52,598 nucleotides of DNA from Micavibrio aeruginosavorus. Its GTDB lineage: Bacteria; Pseudomonadota; Alphaproteobacteria; Micavibrionales; Micavibrionaceae. The notes beneath the pieces were generated by a model, which had not been told where the DNA came from, made no database searches, and saw only the letters and a list, made by a program, of their open reading frames with translations. Both the position numbers and the translations under genes were made by a program. Shown here one piece after another: positions 10,451-19,998 of this stretch (positions within the stretch are counted from its first letter, which is position 1; the number at the start of each line of letters is the position of its first letter). The stretch is taken from assembly GCA_016184045.1 (NCBI GenBank), contig JACPDM010000034.1:2683-55280 (forward strand). The letters run 5' to 3'.

Positions 10451-12619
10451 ATGAATCGTTTCTGGGAGAGCCTTCCGGCGCACCTGAAGGAAAATCCGTA
10501 TTTCCATTTCAGCGAAGAGACCAACTATGTCCCCGCCTGGGATAAAATCCGGGTGGGGCATGCGAAGCCCGCGCTCGATTACGCGGTCGAGTATTTTCGA
10601 TCCGAGGTACAGCGCATTGCCGACAATCCGTCAGCCCCCACCTTCCGCAACACGGTCGAGGCGCTTGAGAAACCTTTCGGGCTCATCGGCTATCTCTCCC
10701 GAATTTTCTTTTGCGCGGCTCCGGCTGACCCCGAAGAGCGTAAGCAGTATGACGCGGTTGAAAAAGATTTCTTTGAGCGCTATCACGAGGTTTTTACTGA
10801 AGCCTTCAATAACAGGAATTTGTTCAATCGCTTTGCCGTTCTTGGGCTGGCGATCAATGCCAATGCGCTCAATCTGAATCCCGAAAAGAAAAAACTCTTT
10901 GCCATGTATGTGGGCGGTTTCAGGGAAAACGGCATCCATATGCGCCCTGCAAAAAGGGAGCGGATGGTGGCGCTTGAAAAGCAGATCAGCGCCCTGTCCA
11001 TGCAGGTCCAGCAAAACATGCGCAGGGCGGAAGAGGAATCTTTCCTGACGGTCGGCGATCGGTCGCGCCTCTCAGGCTTGCCGGATTTCATGATCGACAA
11101 TGCGCGTCGGCGTGCCGAAGGAAAGGGATTGCCCGGACAATACATGTTCGGGATTACGCATGAGGTTTACAGCACGTTCATGCGCTCGGCGGATGATCGC
11201 GAGTTGCGGCGGCAAATGCGGGAAGTGTACAACAATGCCGGGGTTTCCGGCCCGTATGACAATCGCGCGGCCATCATAAAGTTGATCGGCCTTGAACACC
11301 GGCACGCGCGTCTTAAAGGTCACGCGAATCCTGCGGCGCTTACGCTGCAATATAATATGGCGCGGGATGCGAAAACCGTTTCCCGCTTTCTTCTTGGGCT
11401 GCGTGACGCAGCAAGGCCTGCCGCCCTGCGTGAAATGGATGTGATCCGGGATTTCGCGCGGCGTCAGGGTATCGATACGCTTGAGTCGTGGGATATAGAC
11501 TACTACGAAGAAAAGCTGAAAAAAGCAGTTCTTGGCTACGATGAAGAGGAATTGCGCCCCTATTTCGAGCTTGAAAATGTTTTGCAGGGAACCTTCCGCC
11601 ATTTTGAAAAACTTTTCGGGCTGCGCTTCATTCCCAATGAAACCTATCCAAAGCTCCATCCCGATATCCGGACCTATGATGTCATAGGCGCGCGCTCGGG
11701 AAAACCCATGGGGGTGATCGCTTTCGATCTTTTCGCGCGCGATGGCAAGCCCGCCGGGATCGCCTGGAACATCAGCGCTTTCCCCCAAGGCTTTTTTGAA
11801 GGGAAGGTTCGCCGCGCCGTTGACATGGTGGTCGCGAAGTTTCCAAAGAGCGAACCCGGAAAGCCGAACCTTCTGACCCACGACGATGTCCTGACCATTT
11901 TTCACGAGATGGGCCATGCGACCCACAACATGCTGAGTCAGTGCCGTTACGCCAGTTTTTCCGGCACATCCGTCGATACGGATTTTGTCGAGTTCCCTTC
12001 CCAGATTCAGGAAAACTGGGCCTTCGAGCCGGCTGTTCTGGACGATTTTGCGCGCCACCACCTGACCGGCGAAAAAATCCCCGATGACATTAAAAAGAAA
12101 ATCAGGGAATCGCGCAAATTCATGGCCGGGCGCACCGTGCTGAATCGTGCCGCACGCGGATGGCTGGATCTTTCATGGCATACGCGCAATCCGGCGAATA
12201 TCGATGGCGTCGAATCTTTCGAAGGCAAGGTTCTGCGCAAATTCCGCCTGGGCGGGCACGATCATCCTGTCCTTTCGCCGCGGTTCAGCCATATTTTCGG
12301 CGGCGGATATGATGCGGCCTTTTACAGTTATCAGTGGGCGCAAATCATGGATTCCACCATTTTTGCAAAATTCTCACGCGCGGGACTGTATGATCGCAGC
12401 CTCAAAGCCAGGTTTCGGCACGCGCTGGAGCAGGGCGGCAGCGGGGATGAGGGTGTTCTGTTTCGCGAATTGAACGGAAGGGCTGCCAACAATAAGGCTT
12501 TTCTGCGCTCGCGCGGGCTCCTCGGCAAGGCGTTCAATTATGCCGCCGCCGCCAACGACAATAACCCGCCGCCCGTCCCGGCGAAGGGACCGCGCTTTCC
12601 CGATAAAGGAATGGGTTGA
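10451..12619 (+). CDS. Second, diverged M3A metallopeptidase with a C-terminal tail
   Basis: FHEMGH, DFVEFPSQ and HIFGGGY motifs; GGAG RBS; collinear with the 7429-9465 protein. Confidence 0.9.
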   Translation: MNRFWESLPAHLKENPYFHFSEETNYVPAWDKIRVGHAKPALDYAVEYFRSEVQRIADNPSAPTFRNTVEALEKPFGLIGYLSRIFFCAAPADPEERKQYDAVEKDFFERYHEVFTEAFNNRNLFNRFAVLGLAINANALNLNPEKKKLFAMYVGGFRENGIHMRPAKRERMVALEKQISALSMQVQQNMRRAEEESFLTVGDRSRLSGLPDFMIDNARRRAEGKGLPGQYMFGITHEVYSTFMRSADDRELRRQMREVYNNAGVSGPYDNRAAIIKLIGLEHRHARLKGHANPAALTLQYNMARDAKTVSRFLLGLRDAARPAALREMDVIRDFARRQGIDTLESWDIDYYEEKLKKAVLGYDEEELRPYFELENVLQGTFRHFEKLFGLRFIPNETYPKLHPDIRTYDVIGARSGKPMGVIAFDLFARDGKPAGIAWNISAFPQGFFEGKVRRAVDMVVAKFPKSEPGKPNLLTHDDVLTIFHEMGHATHNMLSQCRYASFSGTSVDTDFVEFPSQIQENWAFEPAVLDDFARHHLTGEKIPDDIKKKIRESRKFMAGRTVLNRAARGWLDLSWHTRNPANIDGVESFEGKVLRKFRLGGHDHPVLSPRFSHIFGGGYDAAFYSYQWAQIMDSTIFAKFSRAGLYDRSLKARFRHALEQGGSGDEGVLFRELNGRAANNKAFLRSRGLLGKAFNYAAAANDNNPPPVPAKGPRFPDKGMG

Positions 12620-12650
12620 AGATTTTGCGTCCACGCGATAAAGCTGGGCC

Positions 12651-14381
12651 ATGATCCGCTCCGACGTTTTTGACGACATCTATTTTTCGCCCGATGACGG
12701 GCTGGCGGAAACGCGGCATGTGTTCCTGCAAGGGAACGATTTGCCGCAGGGCTGGAGCGAACGCTCCCGTTTTACGATCGCGGAAACGGGTTTCGGCACG
12801 GGGCTGAATTTTCTGGCGGCATGGGATTTGTTTGAAAAAACGGCCGCGCCGGACTCCGTCCTTGACTACGTGTCGTTTGAACTTCATCCCCTGACCAAAG
12901 AGCAAATTAGAGAAGCCTTGATGCCGTGGGTGGCGGAATTGGGCAGCAGGATGGATCGTCTTCTGGCATCTTATCCGCTGCGCATTCCCGGCTGGCACAG
13001 GGTCGATCTGGGCCGTGTGCGCCTGACGCTGGTTTTTGACGATGTGAATGCGGCGCTGCCGCGCCTTGTCGCTCCGATGGGGATTGATGCGTGGTTCCTG
13101 GACGGTTTCGCCCCGGCAAAAAACCCGCAAATGTGGACGCAAACGCTGTTCACGCAGATGGCAAGATTAAGTCATGATGGCACGAGCGCCGCAACTTTCA
13201 CCGCTGCCGGTTTTGTCCGCCGCGGGCTTGCCGACGCAGGCTTTGCCGTCGAAAAGAAGCGGGGTTACGGACGCAAGCGCGATATGACTGTTGCGCGGTA
13301 TCAGGGTCGGGCGGCGTGCTTGCCCGCGCCGCGTCCGCGCCGCATTGCGATTATTGGCGGTGGTCTGGCGGGAACATCTTGCGCGCATGTTTTGGAAAAG
13401 CGCGGGTACAGCCCGGCTTTGTTCGATGCCGCCTCTGTGCTGGCGTCGGGGGCGTCGGGGAATCCGCGCGGCATCTATAATCCGCGTCTTAGCGCGCAGC
13501 GCAGCGCCGAGGCGGATTTTTACATGTCCGGATTCGCGCTGGCGGCACGTAGCCTGCCCGCCGTCAAATGCGGCAGTCTTCACCTGATGACGGATGACGA
13601 CAAGCGCAAGCGTTTTTATGCGTGCCGGGAGAATTGGAGATGGCACCCCGACCACATGCAGATTCTTTCCGCGCCGGACTCCTCCACGCTGGCGGGGGTA
13701 AGAATCGTACAGGAATCTCTTTATCTCCCGGATTCCGGATACGCCGTGCCACCGGATATTTGTCATGAATGGGCGGGCGGGGCGGAGATTCGACTCTCAT
13801 CTTCTGCGGATTCTTCTTCCCTGAAAGATTTCGATGCCGTGATTCTTGCGAACGGCGTTTCAGCCCGTGATTTCGTATCGTGGCTCCCTGTTCATACCCT
13901 GCGCGGCCAGATCGTTCGCGTTCCGGCAACCCCGACCAGTGCCGGGCTTGGGGTCAATATCTGTTTCGGCGGTTATATAAGCCCGGCCGCTGCGGGCGAA
14001 CATATTGCCGGATCGACGTTTCAAAAATGGCTGTCCACAACCGATATCCGGGAAGAAGACACGCACGACATTCTGGAGCGCACGGCGCAGGCGGTTCCCG
14101 ATCTTGCTTTCGATGCCGGGTCTGTCAGTTTCGCGCGGGCTGCTTTGCGCTGTTCTTCCCATGATCGCTTCCCGGTCGTCGGCGCGGTTCCGGGGCAGCC
14201 GGGATTCTATGTTAGCGCCGGGCATGGCTCTCACGGCCTGGTCTCCTGCCTTGCCGGGGCGCATCTTCTGGCGGATATGATCGAGGAAAACGTCTTTTCC
14301 TTGCCGGAGGAAACTGTTAACTTATTGTCGCCGCAGCGTTTTCCCGAAAGGGCGGCGCGCCGAGCGAAAGGCGTGATATAA
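12651..14381 (+). CDS. mnmC: Bifunctional tRNA mnm5s2U34 methyltransferase/FAD oxidoreductase
   Basis: ETGFGTGLNF, WFLDGFAPAKNP.MW, IIGGGLAG, GASGN and GHGSHG motifs. Confidence 0.93.
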   Translation: MIRSDVFDDIYFSPDDGLAETRHVFLQGNDLPQGWSERSRFTIAETGFGTGLNFLAAWDLFEKTAAPDSVLDYVSFELHPLTKEQIREALMPWVAELGSRMDRLLASYPLRIPGWHRVDLGRVRLTLVFDDVNAALPRLVAPMGIDAWFLDGFAPAKNPQMWTQTLFTQMARLSHDGTSAATFTAAGFVRRGLADAGFAVEKKRGYGRKRDMTVARYQGRAACLPAPRPRRIAIIGGGLAGTSCAHVLEKRGYSPALFDAASVLASGASGNPRGIYNPRLSAQRSAEADFYMSGFALAARSLPAVKCGSLHLMTDDDKRKRFYACRENWRWHPDHMQILSAPDSSTLAGVRIVQESLYLPDSGYAVPPDICHEWAGGAEIRLSSSADSSSLKDFDAVILANGVSARDFVSWLPVHTLRGQIVRVPATPTSAGLGVNICFGGYISPAAAGEHIAGSTFQKWLSTTDIREEDTHDILERTAQAVPDLAFDAGSVSFARAALRCSSHDRFPVVGAVPGQPGFYVSAGHGSHGLVSCLAGAHLLADMIEENVFSLPEETVNLLSPQRFPERAARRAKGVI

Positions 14382-14411
14382 TGAGAATCGCTGGATACGG
14401 GGAGTTTCAAA

Positions 14412-14612
14412 ATGTTCAATTTCAAACTGGGCGCCTGCGCTCGCCGGTGGGCCGGGGATGAATCCGGCGCGACGGCAATTGAATATGGCATGATAGCCTG
14501 CGGTGTTTCTCTGGCGATTATCGTCGCCGCTTTTTTGCTTGGGGATTCTCTCGGCAGTTTTTTCAGCTCTCTTGCCGGCGACATCACGGATGCTGAAGCC
14601 CGGATTGATTGA
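14412..14612 (+). CDS. flp: Flp family type IVc pilin (orphan copy)
   Basis: DESGATAIEYG Flp motif followed by a hydrophobic helix; GGAG RBS. Confidence 0.9.
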   Translation: MFNFKLGACARRWAGDESGATAIEYGMIACGVSLAIIVAAFLLGDSLGSFFSSLAGDITDAEARID

Positions 14613-14672
14613 CTGCCGATAGGTTTTGGGGCGGGGCTTTTTTCTTTATCCGAAGTATGCCAGAGTGGCGCT

Positions 14673-15755
14673 ATGTCTGGCGCGATGCTGCAATCCGTTT
14701 TTCCTCTCTTGTCTTTTTTTGCCGTGCTTGGCCTTGTGCCTCTGGCGCGGAAAATGGCTTTGAGCTTAGGCTTTGTCGATCAGCCGGGCGGACGCAAGGA
14801 TCATGCGCAGCCGACGCCCCCTGTCGGAGGACTTGTCATCGTTCCGGTTTTTATCATTCTCTCCGCCCTGTCGGGGGCGGATCCGGCGGGGCAATGGCCT
14901 TTCTGGGCGGGCCTTGCGGTGATCATGCTGGCAGGTGCTCTGGACGACCGCTATGCCGTCAGCCCTCGCTGGAAATTCCTCGCGCAGTTTATCGCGGCGC
15001 TATTGATCGTCGTTTTCGGCAATGCCCGCGTTGTTTCTCTGGGCGATCTTTTTGGCTTCGGTACGGTCTGGCTCGGGTTTATGCATATCCCGTTTTCAGT
15101 TATCGCCAGCATTCTCTTGATCAACGCCATCAATCTGATCGACGGAATTGACGGGCTTGCCGGGGGAAAGAGTTTTATTGCGCTGTTCTGGATGCTGGCG
15201 GCCTGCCTTGTCGCCGGGGCGGGGGAGCAGGCGGTTTCAATCGGCATCATGATGGCGGCACTGGCCGGGTTCCTTGTTTACAACATGCGCAATCCTCTGC
15301 GCCGCAAGGCCAGCGTGTTTCTGGGCGATGCCGGAAGCATGGCGCTTGGCCTGTCGCTTGCATGGTTCGGAATGACGCTGGGTATGGGTTCCAATCCGGT
15401 GATCGTGCCGATTGCGGTGGCGTGGATTCTGGCGCTGCCGATCATGGATACATGCGCGCAATTCGCCCGCCGTGTGGCGCAGGGGCGTCACCCGTTCTCT
15501 GCCGACCGCAATCATTTTCACCACCATTTCATCAATGCGGGCGTTTCCGTCGCACGGGCGACGGCAATTATCACGCTGATCGGATTTGTTCTCGGCATGA
15601 TCGGTATCGGCGGGATGTTGCTGGGCGTGCCGGAATATGTTCTTGCCTATGCCTGGATTGTTACCATTCTGGCGCATATATACATGAGCCTGCGCCCGGC
15701 GCGGTTCCGCCGGGTCGTCGCTTTTTTCCTGCGCAGGGATGAAGAACCGTCATGA
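14673..15755 (+). CDS. wecA: WecA/MraY-family polyprenyl-phosphate HexNAc-1-phosphate transferase
   Basis: DQPGGRKDH, GALDD, NAINLIDGIDGL, FLGDAGS and DRNHFHH motifs. Confidence 0.88.
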   Translation: MSGAMLQSVFPLLSFFAVLGLVPLARKMALSLGFVDQPGGRKDHAQPTPPVGGLVIVPVFIILSALSGADPAGQWPFWAGLAVIMLAGALDDRYAVSPRWKFLAQFIAALLIVVFGNARVVSLGDLFGFGTVWLGFMHIPFSVIASILLINAINLIDGIDGLAGGKSFIALFWMLAACLVAGAGEQAVSIGIMMAALAGFLVYNMRNPLRRKASVFLGDAGSMALGLSLAWFGMTLGMGSNPVIVPIAVAWILALPIMDTCAQFARRVAQGRHPFSADRNHFHHHFINAGVSVARATAIITLIGFVLGMIGIGGMLLGVPEYVLAYAWIVTILAHIYMSLRPARFRRVVAFFLRRDEEPS

Positions 15756-17050
15756 AGCCTATCTTGCTCTATCTCGTGACGGAAGACTGGTATTTCTATT
15801 CTCACCGCCTTCCCATGGCGCGCGCTGCGCGCGATGCAGGGTTTGATGTCGGCGTGATCTGTCATGTTCATCAGCACCGGGAGCGTATTGAGGCGGAAGG
15901 GTTTCGGGTCATCCATCTGTCCCTTGAGCGCAGGAGCTTGAATCCGTTTCTGGCGCTGCGACAGATTGCCGCCCTCACGCGAATATACCGGCGTGAAAAG
16001 CCGGCCCTCGTCCATCATATCGCGATGAAGCCCGTTCTCTATGGCTCGGTTGCCGCGTGGGTTGCAGGCACCCCGCGTGTTTTGAATGCGTTCGCCGGGC
16101 TGGGCTATGTTTTTCGCGCGACGACGCCAAAGGCGCGCCTGATCCGCCCTGTTTTACTTGCCGGGTTTCGCACCCTGTTTCGCCGCAAGGGATTTTGGAC
16201 CCTGTTCCAGAACGGCGACGATCGTGCCGTTCTGGAACAATCCGGCGTCGTCGTTCATGACCGCACCGCCATTATTCGCGGATCTGGAGTCGATACCGGT
16301 CATTATCAGGTCCACGATCTTCCGCCCGCGCCGCCCTTTATCTGCGTCTATGCCGGGCGCATGATCGATATGAAGGGTTTGCCGACTTTGCGGGCTGCGT
16401 TTGACATCCTGAAAGATACGGCACCGCATATTCACCTCTGGCTCTGCGGGAAGCCCGATCACGGTACGCCCGGATCATGGGACGAGGAGCGCCTTGCGCA
16501 GTGGTGCGGGACGCACAGGAATGTGACATGGAAGGGGCATCAGCAGGATATGGCCCCGATCTGGGCGCAGGCTCATCTTGCTGTCCAGCCGACATGGGGC
16601 GGGGAGGGGCTGCCCAAGGCGCTGCTTGAGGCGGGAGCCTGCGGCCGGGCGATGGTGGCTACCGATGTTTCGGGGAACCGCGAAATTGTCATCCCGGGCC
16701 GCAACGGCCTGCTTGTTCCGGAGAAGGATGCCGCAGCGCTTGCCGATGCTATTTTGCAAATCGCCTCCGACCCTAGGCGCTGTTCGGCCATGGGGATGGA
16801 AAGCCGCAAACTGGTCGAAAGCGATATGTCGGCGCAGGGCGTCGGGCGTCAGATTGTGGCGCTCTATGCGCACATCATGGCCGGGCCGTCAGGTTTTCAG
16901 CAGGATTCCGATCCACTGCACAAGATTGAAGGTGCCGTCATTGATAATGATGGCGATCATGGTCAGGAACCATGCCAGTTCCCACGGGATGACCAGAGCA
17001 TAGACGGCCATATAGGCGCTGAAGGCATACGTATAAAACACAAGAAATAG
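15752..17050 (+). CDS. Glycosyltransferase family 4
   Basis: VTEDWYFYSHR, IRGSGVD, GRM...KG and EGLPKALLEA motifs; the C-terminal ~54 codons overlap the convergent gene. Confidence 0.9.
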   Translation: MKPILLYLVTEDWYFYSHRLPMARAARDAGFDVGVICHVHQHRERIEAEGFRVIHLSLERRSLNPFLALRQIAALTRIYRREKPALVHHIAMKPVLYGSVAAWVAGTPRVLNAFAGLGYVFRATTPKARLIRPVLLAGFRTLFRRKGFWTLFQNGDDRAVLEQSGVVVHDRTAIIRGSGVDTGHYQVHDLPPAPPFICVYAGRMIDMKGLPTLRAAFDILKDTAPHIHLWLCGKPDHGTPGSWDEERLAQWCGTHRNVTWKGHQQDMAPIWAQAHLAVQPTWGGEGLPKALLEAGACGRAMVATDVSGNREIVIPGRNGLLVPEKDAAALADAILQIASDPRRCSAMGMESRKLVESDMSAQGVGRQIVALYAHIMAGPSGFQQDSDPLHKIEGAVIDNDGDHGQEPCQFPRDDQSIDGHIGAEGIRIKHKK

Positions 17051-17473
17051 AATAAACAACTCCAGCTCGCCCCAGCTATACGTGCCGTTTGAGACAATCC
17101 AGAAGACCGGGATAAAAATGACCGTTGCCGGTATCGCCAGCCAGTTGCTGGCGATAACGAAGCGGTAAAAGTGCTCTGTATGATCGACGCGCTTCAGAAT
17201 CCATGCCACGGCGCCGAAGGACAGCATCCATACCAGAAGAGTGCGCATCGCCAGCAGCATGACGACAATGTTCTTTGACGTGGAAGAAACTTCCAGCACG
17301 TTTGAAAAGGACAGAGCGATCAGCGATGCGGGAAACAGCAAGGCCGGAATGATGAAGGATTTGACGGCCTGATCGAAAGTGTTCCCGAACCGCTTGGGTC
17401 CGGACGGCATGAACAGGGCGACTTCAAGGCAGCCTAAAAGGCTGGATTTAATCTCTTCCTTTGAAAAGGTCAT
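16889..17473 (-). CDS. Hypothetical multi-pass membrane protein
   Basis: About 5 TM segments; resembles the 37616-38227 protein. Confidence 0.75.
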   Translation of the reverse strand: MTFSKEEIKSSLLGCLEVALFMPSGPKRFGNTFDQAVKSFIIPALLFPASLIALSFSNVLEVSSTSKNIVVMLLAMRTLLVWMLSFGAVAWILKRVDHTEHFYRFVIASNWLAIPATVIFIPVFWIVSNGTYSWGELELFILFLVFYTYAFSAYMAVYALVIPWELAWFLTMIAIIINDGTFNLVQWIGILLKT

Positions 17474-17547
17474 TTCAAGTTCGACCTCACACAACGAATT
17501 TTTTTTAATTCATTGTTCATTATAGCCGTTTAAAGTTTAAGTTTTGT

Positions 17548-18309
17548 TTACGACTGCCTGAATTCGCGGCTTTTTTGAATGATTTCAGAGGGTTCGCTCT
17601 CGACAAGACCGTGCTCCAGCGCCAGCCGCCCGTCAAAGACGAAACATGCCCCTTTCCAGCGGCTGTCTTCCTCCGGGATCGTCTCCAGATATTTGAGAAT
17701 CCCGCCTTTGAGCTGATAGACCTCCTCAAAGCCCTGATTGAGCATATAGCTCGACGCCTTCTCGCAGCGTATGCCGCCGGTGCAGAACATGGCGACTTTT
17801 TTGTGCACGTTCGGGTCGAGGTTGTTTTTGACGAAGTCTGGGAACTGGCTGAAATGCCGGATGTCCGGATCGATTGCGCCGTCGAAGATGCCGATTCCGG
17901 TTTCGTAGTCGTTGCGCGTGTCGATCAGCAGAACTTCCGGATCGGCGATCAGCGCGTTCCAGTCTTCCGGCGCGACGGCGATTCCGGTCCGCACAGTCGG
18001 ATCGGCGTCCGGCTGCTTCATGGTGATGATTTCTTTCTTCGGGCGGATCTTGAGGCGCATGAAGGGTTTTTCCTGCGCCGCGGAGTATTTCAGCTCGCCC
18101 GCCCTGACGCCAAAAAGGCGGTCGAGGAAATCGATAACCGTATCAAGCTGCCCCGGCATCCCGGCAATCGTGCCGTTGATCCCCTCGGGCGCGAGCAGGA
18201 TAGTGCCGCAAATGTCATGCGCCTGCAAAAACGCCTTCACCTCCGCGCGCAGGGCGGGAATGTCGTTGAGTTTCACAAAGCGGTAAAACGCGGCAACCTT
18301 GTATGTCAT
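17548..18309 (-). CDS. trhO: Rhodanese-related tRNA uridine(34) hydroxylase (YceA/UPF0176 family)
   Basis: GTILLAPEGING, IDTRNDYE, MFCTGGIRCEKAS, YQLKGGILKY and CFVFD.R motifs. Confidence 0.9.
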   Translation of the reverse strand: MTYKVAAFYRFVKLNDIPALRAEVKAFLQAHDICGTILLAPEGINGTIAGMPGQLDTVIDFLDRLFGVRAGELKYSAAQEKPFMRLKIRPKKEIITMKQPDADPTVRTGIAVAPEDWNALIADPEVLLIDTRNDYETGIGIFDGAIDPDIRHFSQFPDFVKNNLDPNVHKKVAMFCTGGIRCEKASSYMLNQGFEEVYQLKGGILKYLETIPEEDSRWKGACFVFDGRLALEHGLVESEPSEIIQKSREFRQS

Positions 18310-18321
18310 GATGGCCTTTAT

Positions 18322-19221
18322 TTAGCGCGGATGCAGGGTTTTGACAATAAATTTGCCCAGTATCCTGTATTCCTCCGCGCGCGGGCTGTCCTTGCGCCAG
18401 GCAAGGCCGATCTGGCGGGAGGGCTGCGGCGCGGCAAAAGGCCGGATGGTAATTCCCTGCGGCGGGTTTTTGGCGTCAACCGCCATGGCCGGGAGAAGGG
18501 TCGCGCCAAACCCGTGCTGGACCATCTGCAAAAGTGTCGGCAGGCTGGTCGCGCCGAAGGTCCTGCGCTGCGTCTGCGGCTGCAGGCGACAGGCTGCGAT
18601 GGCGTGTTCGCGCAGGCAATGCCCGTCTTCCAGCAGCATGATATTGTGCGTGTCGAGATCGTCTATTTGCGCCGGGCGCGGGTCGAGCGGTTTTACGCCG
18701 GGCATGGCGATGACAAAGGGCTCGGACCAGAGGATCATCTGCTCCGCTCCCGGCGTCGCATAAGGAAAGGCCATCAGGACCGCGTCGATCTCCCGCAATT
18801 CCAGCGCCTTGAGGAGGCGGCCTGTCTGCTCCTCCTTCAGCGTCAGGTCGAGGGCGGCATAGTGTTTTTTCAGGGCGGGCAGCAATTGCGGCAGGACATA
18901 GGGCGCGATGGTCGGAATGACGCCAAGGCGAAGCCCGCCGCTCAATGGGCTGTGATGGCTGCGCGCCAGCTCGATCATCTGTTCCGCCCGCGACACAAGA
19001 TCTTTCGCGGGGCGGAGCAATTCCTCCCCCGCGCGGGTCAGGGCGACGCTCCGGCTGGACCGGTCGAAGAGTTTTTGCCCGAGCAGGTTTTCCAGATCGC
19101 GCAGCGCACCGCTCAAGGTCGGCTGGGTGACGTTGCAGCGCTCGGCGGCGCGGCTGAAAGAGTTTGTTTCCGTAATGGCGATGAAATACTGGAGCTGGCG
19201 CAGGCTGGGGAGGTTTTCCAT
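18322..19221 (-). CDS. oxyR: Hydrogen peroxide-inducible LysR regulator
   Basis: LysR HTH; LEDGHCLREHAIAAC redox cysteine pair; ATSL.TL; divergent from ahpC. Confidence 0.93.
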   Translation of the reverse strand: MENLPSLRQLQYFIAITETNSFSRAAERCNVTQPTLSGALRDLENLLGQKLFDRSSRSVALTRAGEELLRPAKDLVSRAEQMIELARSHHSPLSGGLRLGVIPTIAPYVLPQLLPALKKHYAALDLTLKEEQTGRLLKALELREIDAVLMAFPYATPGAEQMILWSEPFVIAMPGVKPLDPRPAQIDDLDTHNIMLLEDGHCLREHAIAACRLQPQTQRRTFGATSLPTLLQMVQHGFGATLLPAMAVDAKNPPQGITIRPFAAPQPSRQIGLAWRKDSPRAEEYRILGKFIVKTLHPR

Positions 19222-19252
19222 CGGTTTTTCCTATTATATTGCCAGAATATAT

Positions 19253-19289
19253 ATAGGAAAAATCTATCAAAAAACAAGGAAATTCCAAT
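19253..19289. promoter_or_regulatory. OxyR operator
   Basis: ATAG-N7-CTAT-N7-CAAG-N7-CAAT, close to the OxyR consensus ATAG-N7-CTAT-N7-ATAG-N7-CTAT, in the oxyR/ahpC intergenic region. Confidence 0.8.
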
Positions 19290-19357
19290 TGGATTTTTTA
19301 CCCGTCAGGACGCATCTTTTCATCCTGTCCTTCAACTTTCCTACAGGAGAACCAACC

Positions 19358-19924
19358 ATGCTTGGCCTTGGCGACAAACTGCCCGAATTTTCTATCACCG
19401 GCGTCAAACCGAAATTCATGAAGCACGAAGAAAACGGCGTGTCCGCTTTCGAGACCATTACCGAAGCCAGCTTTGAGGGCAAATGGAAGGTCTTTTTCTT
19501 CTATCCGAAAGACTTCACCTTCGTCTGCCCGACCGAGATCGTCGAGTTCGCGAAACTGAACAAGGACTTCGCCGACCGCGAGACCGTCCTTCTGGGCGGC
19601 AGCTCGGACAACGAGTTCTGCAAGCTGGCCTGGCGCCGCGAGCACAAGGATCTTCATAACCTCGATATGTGGATGTTCGCCGACACCAATGGCTCGCTGA
19701 TCGACGGCCTTGGCGTGCGCGATTACGACGCCGGTGTCGCCCTGCGCGCCACCGTCATTGTCGATCCGCACAATGTCATCCAGCATGTCAGCGTCAATGC
19801 CCTGAGCGTCGGACGCAACCCGAAAGAAACGCTGCGCATCCTCGACGCCCTGCAAACCGACGAGCTTTGCGCCTGCAACCGCCCGGTCGGCGGCGAGACG
19901 ATCGACCTGAAAAAAGCCGCATAA
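19358..19924 (+). CDS. ahpC: Alkyl hydroperoxide reductase C (2-Cys peroxiredoxin)
   Basis: FYPKDFTFVCPTE and GRN..E.LR.LDALQ.DELC motifs; AGGAG RBS before ATG 19358. Confidence 0.95.
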   Translation: MLGLGDKLPEFSITGVKPKFMKHEENGVSAFETITEASFEGKWKVFFFYPKDFTFVCPTEIVEFAKLNKDFADRETVLLGGSSDNEFCKLAWRREHKDLHNLDMWMFADTNGSLIDGLGVRDYDAGVALRATVIVDPHNVIQHVSVNALSVGRNPKETLRILDALQTDELCACNRPVGGETIDLKKAA

Positions 19925-19937
19925 GGTGGCAAAAACA

Positions 19938-19968
19938 GAATGGTGGTGAAAGCCACCATTCGATTTTT
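19938..19968 (+). terminator. Intercistronic hairpin (attenuator or mRNA stabiliser) between ahpC and ahpD
   Basis: GAATGGTGGT-GAAA-GCCACCATTC stem-loop followed by GATTTTT. Confidence 0.6.
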
Positions 19969-19998
19969 CCCACCCCCCGCGTATCAAGGAGAGCCGCC

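Noticed and set aside
17575-19476. 633-aa plus-strand ORF
   Set aside because: Antisense shadow of trhO and oxyR; no motifs; expected in GC-rich DNA
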